Source: the human T2T-CHM13v2.0 reference genome, Homo sapiens. Taken from it: a stretch of 64,000 bases of DNA. The DNA is taken from assembly GCF_009914755.1 (NCBI RefSeq), contig NC_060928.1; one strand, written 5' to 3'. Shown here piece by piece: positions 44,222 through 58,865 of this stretch. The notes below the pieces were generated by a model. The model was given only the letters and a program-made list of their open reading frames with translations, was not told where the DNA came from and did not search any database. Numbering within the stretch: position 1 is the first letter of the stretch; each line of letters begins with the position of its first letter. Made by a program: the position numbers and the translations under genes.

Positions 44222-44626
44222 GAATTCATTCTGTCAGAAGAGATATAGCCTGAATATAATTTTTACTGTATTATTCTTTGAATATAGTGAATGATAAAAG
44301 TTAATGCCTACCTCTTATTTTATAGACAGCCAATACAAACATGGTTCTCATTTCTCTTCTTTATTTTCCACTTCTTGGTGCAAGATACCTAGATTTTCTG
44401 TTGGAAAACAGTATAGAGTGGTGTTAAACACAGGAGTTCTAGAATCACAATAACTTACCCTCTATATGCTTCAGTTTCCACATCAATAAAACTGGGATCT
44501 TAAGAGTACTTTGATTATAAAGTTGTTGTAAGGATCAAATAAGATAAATCTAGTAAAACACTTAGAAAGTATTTGAAAACAGGGTCTTGAAGAAATATTT
44601 GTACACCTATATTCATAGCAGCATTA

Positions 44627-45233
<607 letters not shown>

Positions 45234-46179
45234 CTAAATTAAATAAGCCAGTCATAAAAAGACAAATACTGTATAACTTCACTTATAAAAAGTTACCTAC
45301 AATAGTCAAACTCAGAAAAGAGAATGGTAGTTGTCAGGGGATGGGGAATAGAAAGTTACTGTTTAATGGGCAGAGTTGTGTTTTACAAGATGAAAAATTC
45401 TGGAGATTAGTTGCATAACAATGTATATATACTTAACACTATTGAATTATACACATAAAAATGGCTAAGATGGTCAATTTTATATGTATTTTACCACAAT
45501 AAAAAAGAAAAAAATGGAAAACAACTTTTTAATAAGATTTTATTTTACCTTCAAACAAAATCAACTCCCCACTTATGGCATAAAGAGCTTCAATAGAAAA
45601 AGGCTATTGTTTTTCTCTTTGTTTTTGAAATTGTCTGATTCAGGATCAGGCTCTTTATATGTCCTATAATATCAGGTAGATATTTAACAAATACAGTAGC
45701 AAGCCTCTGGGTTCAAATGGAAGCAAGCAATTAACTTTTTTCTAGGGTTCTTCAGGGGGCCCTGGGTGGGGACAAGTCCTGTGAGAAAAGAAGTGCCTGA
45801 AATTAGATATGCAAGCAGAGATCACAAGCATAAATGCTATACTCTCCACACTGTGGGATGGCACTGTAAAAATTGGCAGCCAACCTGTTAACTGTTGTAA
45901 ATGTAAATGAGGAATGCTACTACAGATTCTGGTTCTTGGTCCAGTGGTAGGTCACTGTAAACTCTCCACAGGCCATAACAAAAAGAGTAAAAAGAATAAG
46001 AAGTGGCCATATTCAAGCACAAGAAGAATAAATAATATCCACCAGACCTTTGGTATTCAAAGCTCACATCAACTATTCTGACAGCAGGGGTACTGCCAGG
46101 AGCTACAGTGATACTGAGTCATATAATATGACACAAAGAACACAATAAAGTAACCTAACCATTGGGGAAGGGGCTATAA

Positions 46180-47100
46180 ATCCCAAATATCTTGGAGTAA
46201 ACTTAACAAGAAATATGCAGTGCTGACACAAAGAAAAATACAAATTTTATTGGATAATCTAAAAGACGTTCTAAATAAATGGAGCAAAATACCTTGTTCT
46301 CAGATGAAAATAATTGATGTTTTAAAATTTCAAATCTCCCAAATTTCATTTATAAATGTAATATAATTCCATTCAAAATTCCAACCCCAAAACTATGTAA
46401 CAAAAGAATAAATAGAAGAATTTAAACTATTGGGCAAAATATGTAGACAACTTAATTCTGGCATGATACTAGACAGAGAGATCAATGAAAAAGATTCCAA
46501 ATCCAGTGACACATCCAAAATACATACAGATTTAGAATTAGTGAAGTGCTTTTTTAATCAATAGAGAAAGGGTAGATTTTTAATAAATAACTAGTTTAAA
46601 ATTTTGTTAATTCTGTAAAAAGAAAGTTAGATTCCTTACCTAACACCACATGTTATCATATATTTGTGTATTTCCTCTGTGGTTTCAATCACATATGGTG
46701 AGAATGTGATCAATGCTTTTCTTGTGTAAATTTTTATTTAAAAAAAAGATAAAAAGAGAAATCAGATGACCAATATAACTTTGAAAAAACATTCAACTCG
46801 TTATAATTTAAAAGTGCAAATTAAAATAATAAGATATGAATTTGGCCCATCAAATTGGCATTTTAAAAAATGATAGCACAAATGCCAATGAGAGTTCAAG
46901 GAAGGGGGCATTTCCATTAACTGCAGGTGAGAATGCAAATTGGTATAATCTTCTAAGGACCAATTTGGCAATGCGCTTCCACAATTTTTTTTTAACAAGT
47001 TCAGACCTTTTTACCCAGCTTCCACTTGCAGAAATATGTTTAAAAAATAATAAGGACTTCAATATCTCTAAATATTATGAACTATGTAACCTTAAATTCT
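46180..47100 (+). mobile_element. Highly decayed L1M ORF2-region remnant
   Basis: aaatatcttggagtaaacttaacaagaaatatgca; ctaaataaatggag; gttagattccttacctaacacca. Confidence 0.6.
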
Positions 47101-47659
47101 TCCTCCTGAAAAACACCCAGAAATGTTGAATTTAACATAAACTTCTTTTTAAAATGCTGGGGAAAAGAAGAATGAGGAGGAGGAGGAGGAGGAGAAGAGA
47201 AAGAGGGAGGGAGGGGGTGGAGAGAAGGAACAGAAGAGTCAGAGAAAGTGGGGAGGTGGTGTGGAGAGAAACATAAAACAGAGCAAATAAGTGTGTGGGC
47301 TAAAACTTCAGCAGCAGGGAAAAGATTTATTCTCAAACCTTTCCTCAAACCCTCCCACCTCCCACCAAAGTCAAGCATTGTTACCAGTTTCTTGTATATA
47401 CTTACAAAGCGTCTATGTTTATAATTGCAAATATGCATTTGTAGATTTGTAAAATCTATATGGTAGCATACTATTCTGCACCTTGCTTTTTCCACTTAAA
47501 ATGAAATGATTTCATTCTTACATATACAGAACTTTCTTGTTCTTTTTTTAATTTTTAACCAATTCACAGCACTCCATTTAATGGCTGAGCTATAATTATT
47601 TAACCAATGTCCTATGGACAGGCATTTAGATTATTGCCAATCTTCATTTCAAATAAAGC

Positions 47660-48271
<612 letters not shown>

Positions 48272-48726
48272 GACGTCAAGTGATTATGTTGAGTAGACAA
48301 TGAGGTATATGAGATTAGAATTCAGGAAAGTGATCTGAGTTGTAAATATGTAAATTTGGAGTTATCATCTTATAGATGTTTTTAAGCCATGAAACTGAAG
48401 GAAATCACTTAGGAAGAAAAGGAAAGGCATAGGGACCATACCTTGGAGCCCAATATAACTTAGAGGCCAGAAAAACAATAAGAACCCAGTAAAGAGAAGG
48501 GAAAATATACGGCCCATGAGAGAGAAACTTGTCTATTTTGATCACTATTGTTTTGCCTTTATTTTAAATGGCTCCTAGCATCTAGAAAACACTCCAAAAA
48601 ATATTTCTCAAATAATTATTTTTGATTGAGTGGCCAGCGAGGTAAGAAAAAAAAAAAAAAAAAAAAACCAGGCAAGTGTGGAATCCCAGAATTCAAGGGA
48701 AGAAGGTTATTTTCAAAAAGGGACCG

Positions 48727-49220
48727 TTCCTTTTCTGGTTGCAGAGCTGCACAGTAGGCACTTTTGTCCTCACCAGCAGCCCTGCTGTCCAAGGGCCCTC
48801 TGCAGTCTATGTGGGTCTTGGTGCACCGCAAACAGGCCAACACTTTCAACAAGGTGAACGGATGGCTCTGGAAATGACTGAGCCAAGCAAACTGCAACAG
48901 TAGCAGAATCTGTTCTGCTTCTGGACAAAGACCAATTCACTGGTATGCCCATGGGTCAAATGGCCTAGATTTACAAAATCTGCCAGTTGATCTCCAGAGC
49001 CAGAAAAACATGGATGAGGCTTCCAAGAAGGAGACTGAAGACATCCTCACCCAGTACAACCAGCCCCTACTGCCAGCTGACCCCCTCACTGCAAATCCAA
49101 GAAGTTCAGAGGCCCCGGTGGCTGTGTTGGCCACCAGAAATCTTACCAATAAGCCCTCCATGAGAAACAGGGTTCACTTTTATATTAAACAATGATTGTG
49201 GGATTTTAAGGTTTAAAAAA
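48727..49220 (+). pseudogene. RPS16: Processed pseudogene of 40S ribosomal protein S16
   Basis: Intronless decayed match: LSKGPLQS (parent MPSKGPLQS), KVNG, DEASKKETEDILTQY (parent DEASKKEIKDILIQY), terminal QKSYQ* with TAA at 49150-49152; 5' pyrimidine TOP-like start, ATTAAA at 49184, short A tail; ATG mutated to CTG at 48782; frameshifts and deletions. Confidence 0.92.
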
Positions 49221-49234
49221 GGGGGAAAGGAGGG

Positions 49235-51220
49235 ACTCTTTCAGGTTAAGATGATGTGAACATACACACCTATTTTTCTCCCTCCTAAAACCCCACGGAA
49301 GAATAATAAATGAGTTTTGTTTTATACCTAAACCTACTAGTGTAAGGAAAATAGTAAAGGATGCAGCAGCAACAAAATTTTGGAAGTTGGCAAGCTAACC
49401 AATGTGTGATAACTGATTTAACACTCCTGAGAAACCCACATCCCTAGCTGGCAGCAAGGAAAGTTCAAAACCAACATAATTTGCACCATAGTCTTCAAAA
49501 CGATCAGAAACTGGCAACACTGGAAAAATCTAAAACTGAGTGTAAAAACAGGTTTCTAAATAAGGAGATGTGGGTAAAGTTGTTTGAGAAGCAGTTAGAT
49601 TCCCAAATCCCTGACCCCAACCTAGAGGAAACAGAGGAGGGATGTCTTGAGAGTAGGTATCTGGTGATCGCACATCTAGTGCTAAATGCAGACAACCCTA
49701 GTCTTCTTCCCCAATCCGACTCCCAGAATGCTGGCAGCCAGAGCTTTATCCTCCAGAAAGGAAAGAGAAAAACTCTTTTCTGCAGAATCTGACCTGCTTA
49801 AGAGCAAGACCTAGATACTAACTGCAGAGGTTCCTCTACAAATGGCCCACCCAGATTCCACTTCAGTGAAGATCAAAGTTAAGTCTTTCCCACAGGCTCA
49901 GTGTGCCCATCAGTTTTTTAGTCTCACACTTTACTGATCATGAGCAGAGAGCAAAGGAATTAGACACTCGATGAAGAAAGCCTCTATCAAGAAGATGGAA
50001 CCCAAAATAAGCAAAGAAAAGAAGGCAACTTTGGAGGACAGAGAAGCTTCAAAAATATGTTATCAAAAAGGAAAAGAGAGAATATATTGCATCCGTGAAA
50101 CAAAAACAAGATACCACAAAAAAGAAACATGCAGAAAATTAGAAAAGTACTCTAAGACATTAAAATATAATAGCAGAAATGGAAACTGTGATAGGTGGGT
50201 AGGAAGAGAAAGTTGAGAAAATCTGTCAGAAAAGTGGAACCAAAAATCAAAGTGATGAAAAACAGAAAGGAAAGAAAGTTAGAGTACCATTCTAAGAGGT
50301 CCAACATCTGAGTAATGGGGCAAAGAAATCATCAATGAAACAATTCAAGAACATTTCTTGGAAGCAAAGAACATGAGATTACAGATAGAAAAGGCCCACA
50401 GAAAAACAGGCACAATGGACATATCATAAAATTTCAGAACTCTAAGAAGAAAAATAATTTCCTAAACTCTCAGAGAGAATAAAACTAATTACATGCAAAG
50501 GATTGGAAATATGATCCTTTATCTCTTTTAGAGAAAAATACTGAATATTTACAATAAAACAGAGTAATTCTGGATTTTGATTTAAAATAATTGAAAGTTG
50601 GCCATGTGTGGTGGCTCACACCTGTAATCCCAACACTTTGAGAGGCCGAGGTGGGCAGACTGCTTTAGCCCAGGAGTTTGAGACCAGCCTGGGCCACATG
50701 GCAAAACCCCATCTCTACAGAAAATTAGCCAGGCGTGGTGGTGCACACCTATAATCCCAACTACTCAGGAGTCTGAGGTGGGAGGATTCCTTGAGGCCAG
50801 GAGTTCAAAGCTGCAGTGAACCATGATCGCACCACTACACTCCAGCCTGAGTGACAGAGCCAGACCCTGCCTCAAAAAAGGAAGTAAATAAACAAATAAA
50901 ATAAAATAATTAAAAGGTCAGAAGTGGGGGATGTGCTGTAGAGGCAATGCAACTGGCTATACATTGACAATTGTGGAGTGATGGGTACATGGGAATTCAT
51001 TATATTATATATTCATCATATAATTCTCTTTGAACATATTTTAAATTTTCTATAATACAGAGTTCTTTTTATAAACAAAGAAGGAATGATAGGAATGATT
51101 TAGATTTCTTAGCAACACCGGAAGCAAGAAGACAATGAAGCAATGGCTTCAAACTCCTGAAAGAAAACTATTTCCAAAGTAGAATTCTATACCTAGACAA
51201 ACTGTAAATCAAGTGCAAGG
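49235..51220 (+). mobile_element. Old L1M 5'UTR/ORF1 remnant, interrupted by another L1 3' fragment and an Alu
   Basis: aagaggtccaacatctgagtaat; agatagaaaaggcccac; tagaattctatacctag are ORF1-region motifs. Confidence 0.65.
50600..50905 (+). mobile_element. AluJ
   Basis: gggaggattccttgaggccaggagttcaaagctgcagtga; TSD aaaataatt(g/a)aaag. Confidence 0.9.
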
Positions 51221-51690
51221 GAAGTGCCCAAACAGATGAATCGGCCTTAGCTGAATCAATGGCTGTCCATCCATTTCTCTTGGAAGTAAGACAGAGTATT
51301 TGGATACTGAAACAAGTAGGTTTGTATATTTGATAATGGAAATAGGAGGTATTTCTCTTTAATGTGCTTCTGATTGCTTTACTTTGAGGAACTCATATCT
51401 AATGGAAAACATGGATGTATAAACAGGTAATGTTTATGTGTACCAAAACAAAATATACTAAGTTCTCCAATAGAGCTATGTTTAGCAGCTTATGGGACTC
51501 CAGCTTTGTGCCTCAAGAAAGGATTTATGGAGCTAGTAATGCCCGAGATAAGCCTTAAAGAATGTATAGCAGTTACACAAGTAAAGAAGGAAGGAAAAAG
51601 TATTCAAGGTGGTGAAATCACAATTAATAAAGGCATAAAGGAATAAAACATCATGGTGTATGTAGAATACTAGCACAGAACCAAACACAA

Positions 51691-51960
51691 GGTTGGGCCC
51701 CGTGGTTCACGCCTGTAATCCCAGCACTTTGGGAGGCCAAGGCAGGAGGATCACTTGAGGCCAGGAGTTCGACAACAGCCTGAGCAACACAGCAAAACCT
51801 TGTCTCTACAAATATTTTTTTTAAAAAAACTAGCTGGGTGTGGTGGCATGTGCTGTGGTCCTAGCTCCTCAAGAGGCTGAGGCAGAGGATCGCTTGAGCC
51901 CCAGCAGTCAAGGCTGCAGTGAGCTGTGATCATGCCACTGCGCTACAGCCTGGGTGACAA
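51691..51960 (+). mobile_element. AluJ, 3'-truncated
   Basis: J-type features; stops at gggtgacaa with no tail. Confidence 0.88.
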
Positions 51961-52001
51961 TAATGCTTATTGACATGGACCTGGCATATCTAGTGAGACT
52001 A

Positions 52002-52677
<676 letters not shown>

Positions 52678-54540
52678 TAAAAACTGTATTCTGCAGTAGA
52701 AGTTAAGGATCTAGAAAGTTTAGGAAACAACCAAGATGGTAAGTTCCTTAAGATCTTAAATGTAAACTGGTAGAAGTCTCCTACCAGTGGACTTCTACAC
52801 TCAGTCTTAGGAATAGTCTGGATGGCTCACAGTTCACAAATTTGTTTACTAAGGTTGAATTTAGCCCTGGCTTATATTTCATTTATTTAATTCAGCAATG
52901 TTTATCATCATTTATTCATTTGCCAGTTGATTCTACAAAAAATTTTAAGCACCTATTTATATAGACACTGTTGACATAAAACAGTCTTTGTGGTGTCTAT
53001 AGTCCAATGAGAGAGGCAGATGCTAAAGAAATATAGGCACAATTAATACATAAAAGGCATTTTTATGTGGCACACAGTCCATACCATATGACCCAACCAG
53101 AAGGTTCAAGTATTTCAGTACAATTTAGGTCAACTTCAATATTAAAAATACTTCCTAAGTACAATAGTAATTTTTAGTGCATATTATAAACAAGGGCCAA
53201 GAAAAAAAAACCCTAATTTGATCTTTATATTTGTTAGTTCTTAATGAAAATACTAATTGCTCTTTACCCATTTCTGTGAAACTCTAAATTTTTATTTGTG
53301 ATGAGTCCAGGTCTATTGGATAGACTTTCAGCATTAGTAAAATGACAGAACATATTACAGGGAAAGTATAAGAACATACAGATTCATTTTCTTTTAAGCT
53401 TGGAAACAGGATTCTTTGACTCAAATAGGGCTTCTGTTTGGTGAATTAATGGGTCACCATAACCAAATAATTGTAAGTCACAATTTAACTGAAAACCAGA
53501 GAGTAAAAATAGCAAAGACTAAACATATAACATCCTTCTTTCTTCATCTTTGCTTCTGAAAGGTGTGTCTTTCCTGAACTATGAATCACTGCCACAGACT
53601 TTGCAAATTTGTTCCATAAGAGGGAAGTACCAGAGCAGCAGTAATGTTCTCATCGCGGGCTTCGCTGCTTCGGAGGGAAGAGGGGCACAGCCTATATAGT
53701 TTGGATAACTCTCATTCCCCACAGGTCGCATAAAATGGAAACTGTTAAAACATAAATATTCTGCATTGTTTCACATTACCTTTACACAATAACTGTGACG
53801 ACTATACTAATAGCAGGCATGATCTTATTGCTTCCTTTCCTTCTTAAACTTGAGTCTTGGGTATCATCATAATCAACATTCTAAAGCTTCCAACATCTCA
53901 ATCCTAAAAAGTAAATGAAAGCATGGTCCATAAAATTTACAGCTTATGTTTAGTATTTTGGCAACTATTGCTACTCCATAGGCCTGAAAGTAAAATAAAT
54001 AGGGCTTGAATTTTGAGTCGAAATCAAAATTAAGGTTTTCTTTTTCTTTTATGACTTGGCTTGCTACAGAATTCTGATTGCTACAGAAAAAATTCTGAAA
54101 AATATTTGGTAAAATTCTGATTGCTAAAAAATTTTTATGAAATTCCCAGATTAATAATTGTTATTTTAGCCAAAAGTTTTTCAACATTGTTAAAATATAG
54201 CATTGGCTAAAGTCTCTCTCTCTATGTGTATGTGTGTGTGTGTATGTATATATAGATGCACACAGACTTTATTTATAATTTTTGCATGCCCTAAAATTTC
54301 CGTTTATGTATTCTTTCTGATTGTTTTTCCAAAAAATTAACACCCACATTGACTTATTAGCTTCTCTCCTAAGATAATTTTCTCTCCATATATGAAACAA
54401 AGTTGAAAAAAAATAGCTTCTTTTACATCATATAGTAATAATTTCAGTATCACATATTTTCTTCTTTGTCTTCCCAATAACAATTGCTTGAACAATGATG
54501 ATAATGAATTTGTGGGTGAAATTATTATTACTTTGTGCTT

Positions 54541-54648
54541 CTTTACCCTCTTTTGTGTAATTAAGGGTACAGTGTACTTCTTTACCTTCTTTTGTGTAAT
54601 TCAGGGTACAGTGTACTGTTTTACCCTCCTTGTGTAATTCAGGTACAG
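54541..54648. repeat. 39-bp tandem repeat, about 2.8 copies
   Basis: Unit ctttaccctcttttgtgtaatt(a/c)agggtacagtgtactt. Confidence 0.9.
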
Positions 54649-55687
54649 CAGCACCACATAGTGGACATTTTGGTACTTCTCCGTGAAGAATCATTTCGCT
54701 TACCTTCAAAGCAATTGGTTTGCTTTAAGGAATGCAATTTGTGTGGATATTGCTGATGATTATCTCTCTTAATATTGCTCTGGTGAGCCAACATGTGAAG
54801 TTACAGATTTCACCTAATATAAGAACAATAATCAGCCTCACAGTCATTGTGAAAAGATAAAAGAGAAGTATTTTAAAATAAGTGTGAAGATACATATAAG
54901 TCTGTGCTTCAAATTTACTATGTAATACTAATTATTTCCTAATGTATACTTTGTAAGGGAAGCAAAGCCAATGCTTAGATTTTAGTAATAATAATTCTCA
55001 GAGTAAGCCATTCATCCTCATCCATATTCCTATATATCTATAGAAAGAGGCCTAATAGAGGTAATTGTTGCTGTTGTGATTAAATCAAGGCACAAAGAAA
55101 AAAATAATGTATGCTATCCCAGGAGTTGATATGTAAATCCAGTTAGCAAAGAGAAAAATTATGCTAATATTAACATTGTCATTTTTTTTGCCACAGTAAG
55201 TCTGGATTTGTCAGACATCAATTAAAATCAGGGTGTGAGCAAGGATTTTACACATTCATGGAGAAACATAAAGAGCTGCCATCTAAATGCAATAATACAG
55301 TATTTAACATTGTTCTAATAGTCACACCACTTTTTGTCCCAGAATAATTTATGCTCCCTGACTCAGCATACAACTCCCTGGCTAGATTGGAACAGAAACA
55401 AACTGACAACCCAGAGAGGAAGCATTGTGTAGAAGGGACAACTCACCCACAGCCCCATGCTTTAGGGGCTTCAGCCAGTTTGTTCATAGAATCAGACTCA
55501 CTGGAAATATTCAGGACTTAGAATGGTGCAAGGCGAAAAGGAGCAAAGGGAGTCATTTGCAAAAGATAAAAAACACAGTCACTTCTACAGAGTTCAATCA
55601 TGCAATCACTTGTTGAATTAACCAGACAACATTTCTCAGTTAACGTCTACATGAAAAGCACTGATCCAGGCACTATGGACTATAGAG

Positions 55688-55880
55688 CAGGGGTTGGCAA
55701 ACCACAGCTAGTATGTGGCCTGTTTTTCTACAGCCTGTGAGCTGGGGATGAATTTACATTTTAAAAGATTGTTTAGAAAGGGGACAGACAGAGTAAAGAA
55801 TATATGACAGAGATATTTTGCCAGCAAAACCTAAAATACTGACTATCTTGTCTTTTACAGAAAAAGTTTGCTGACCCCTG
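55688..55880. mobile_element. MER58-family hAT MITE
   Basis: TIRs caggggttggcaaac ... gtttgctgacccctg. Confidence 0.85.
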
Positions 55881-56004
55881 CCATCGAGACAGATTTAACA
55901 CTCAATAAACTTAGAGTCTAGAAAGGACACTAAAACATAACAATAGAACAAACTCAATAACTTATAACTTTCAACCATTTACTGTGTGTTCAGAACTGGG
56001 TTAA

Positions 56005-56300
56005 GGCTGGTTGTGATGGGTGATACCTGTCATCTCAGCACTTTGGGAGGCCCAGGCCGGAGGATTGCTTGAGCCCAGGAGTTTGAGACTAGCCTGGGCA
56101 ATAGAACAAGACCCCATTTCTACAAAAAATATCAAATAAAAATTAGCCATAAGAGGTGGCACATACCTGTAGTCTTAGACACTTGGGAGGCTGAGGCAGG
56201 AAAATCGCTTCAACCCAAGATTTTGATGCTACACTGGGCTATGAATGCACCACTGCACTCCAGCCTGGCTGACAGAGCTAGACCCTGCCTCTTAAAAAAA
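56005..56300 (+). mobile_element. AluJ
   Basis: ggaggattgcttgagcccaggagtttgag. Confidence 0.88.
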
Positions 56301-56310
56301 TTAATTAATT

Positions 56311-56612
<302 letters not shown>

Positions 56613-56809
56613 AAATAGAATTGGGGTAAGTGTACTATATTCATTATTTCATTTAATCTTCACCAAAGAAAGTATGAGGTAGTTATAATTATTATCAATT
56701 TAACAATGAATAACCCAAGACTTAAAAAGGCTAATAAATAAGATCATGTAAATGACCAAATCTGGGATTAAAATCTAGGCCATCTAGCCCACAGCACTTA
56801 ACCACTCAG

Positions 56810-57390
56810 TTCAGGTACATAAATAAGAATGAAAAAAAGAGTAGAGAAATATAAAACTATAATATACTGCAGCAAAACAGAGGTGGCAGATAACACTTCC
56901 AGAGGGCTGTTCAGGGAAGATCCTTGGACATGGTAGTTTTTAAGTTGGGCCTTGGAAGATGCGAGTGATTCAGATGCCTGACATTGCAGGGAAGGGCAGT
57001 CAGCTTTGGAACTGCCTAGGGGCAGAAGCATGGTGGGTGTTGGGGAGCGGTGAGCTCCCCACTGAGCAGAAAGAGAATGTACAGGAAGATACTACTGGGA
57101 GATGAGTAGGAAACCTCGGTTAGAGCTAGACTGTGGATGGTGCTGAACAAAGGAAAAATGGGGAATTTAAATAAATGAAAGTGACTGGACATTTATGACT
57201 AAACAGTTGACACAATCAGCCCTGTACTCTGGGGAGATTAATCTTACAAGGGTGTTTTGGATGGATTAGAAGAAGAACTAGAGACAGGAAAATAAATGAG
57301 TAGGCTATTAACAATAATCCAGGTCTGAGATTGATGAAGACCTGAACTAGAGTAGAGACAGTGAAAACAGCATGCTAGAGAGGAAAATGT
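56810..57390 (-). mobile_element. L2 remnant
   Basis: taggctattaacaataatccaggtctgagattgatgaagacctgaactag. Confidence 0.6.
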
Positions 57391-57879
57391 ATTGTTAAGG
57401 TCTCCACCTACCAAAGCCACTCACTAAGTAATGCAAGAGGGAAAAGATAAGTGGTCTGGCAACGACAATCCCCCCACCCCGCTTCCTCAGACCCCTAATA
57501 AAGGCTAAATGTTGTCTTCTTTTGATAATTGTCACTAATTTTTCCCCAGCCTTGTGCCACCACACTACCATGCATAAACACATACACACGGGTACAATAT
57601 ACACGGACATCAGTTTTACTGACTGAAGATCCCAATATTGGTTATCTTGATAAAGTCAAATTTACTTTAATGGAATTTCACCTGAATAAAAATGTCCATG
57701 TTTTGAGGTTGAGTGGGGAGGTAGGGGAAACAATGCCACACAGTATGATTTACCGTGTTTACAATCCACAGGAATTGCCCTCTACATGGGTTGTGACATC
57801 TATACCCAAATCGACAACTCACACTTCAGACATATAGGCCTTGGTTTAATGAATCTGTCACTTTAAAACATGGACTCTA

Positions 57880-58165
57880 GGCCAGGCATGGTGGCTCACG
57901 CTTGTCATCCCAGCACTTTGGGAGACTGAGGCAGGAGGATCACTTGAGGTGAGGAGTTCAAGACCAGCCTAGGCAACATAGTGAGACCCCATCTCCATAA
58001 AATTTTTTTAAAAATTAGCTGGGTGTGGTGATGTCAACTGTAGTCCTAGCTACTCAGGGAGCTAGGACAGAAGCATCGCTTTACCCCAGGAGGTCAAGGC
58101 TGCAGTGAGCTATGATGGTGCCACTGCACTCCAACCTGGGTGACAGAGCGAGACACTATTTCAAT
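57880..58165 (+). mobile_element. AluJ
   Basis: gaggtcaaggctgcagtgagctatgat. Confidence 0.9.
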
Positions 58166-58577
58166 TTTTGTAAAATTAAAAAATTAAAATTAAAATTGAG
58201 TGTCTATTCAGCAGGGGAAAGAAGAGAAGGTTCAATCTCTGCCCTTGAGAAGCTAAGAGTTTAATAGGCAAATGGAATATATATGCCAAATAAATACAGG
58301 ACATTTTAATAAAGCAACATGTTAATGCCATCAAATTGTATTCCTTTGGAGGACTTAAGGCATGTATTCTTTTTCTGAATAGCTGAATAATCTGAACAGG
58401 TGAGTTTACCCATTGTTTCATTCCCCATTTACATGTCCAACCTCTTTATTTCAACCTCCCTGAATAAACTTTTTAAAAGGCTACTCACTACCATCACTCC
58501 TTAAACAGTATTTGGGCCTTGCTGGGACAGATTGGTGGTGAGTCCATAACAAAGGGCAGGAAGTGACTCGGTAAATC

Positions 58578-58865
58578 CTTTTTTTTTTTTTCTGGGACGG
58601 AGTCTCACTCTGTTGCTCAGGCTGGAGTGCAGTGGCGCGATCTCAGCTCGCTGCAAACTCCGCATCCTGGGTTCAAGCAATTCTCCTCCCTCAGGCTCCC
58701 GAGTAGCTAGGATTACAGGCGGCACGCCCAGCTAATTTTTGTATTTTTAGTAGAGACGGGGTTTCACATGTTGGCCAGGCTGGTCTTGAACTCCTGACCT
58801 TATGATCCGCCCGCCTTGGCCTCCCAAAGTGCTGGGATTATAGGCGTGAGCCACCTCACCTGGCT
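58578..58865 (-). mobile_element. AluS
   Basis: Antisense Alu; TSD gtgactcggtaaatcct / gtgacttggtaaattct. Confidence 0.92.

Noticed and set aside
49010-49195. 61-aa ORF MDEASKKETEDIL as a functional small protein
   Set aside because: It is the frameshifted 3' part of the decayed RPS16 retrocopy
54541-54648. Palindromic 39-bp repeats resembling a CRISPR array
   Set aside because: Units abut with no unique spacers, there are no cas genes, and the context is primate genomic DNA
54428-54709. 93-aa ORF with CPLC and a repeated 13-mer
   Set aside because: Non-ATG start; the periodicity is explained by the 39-bp DNA repeat; no recognised family
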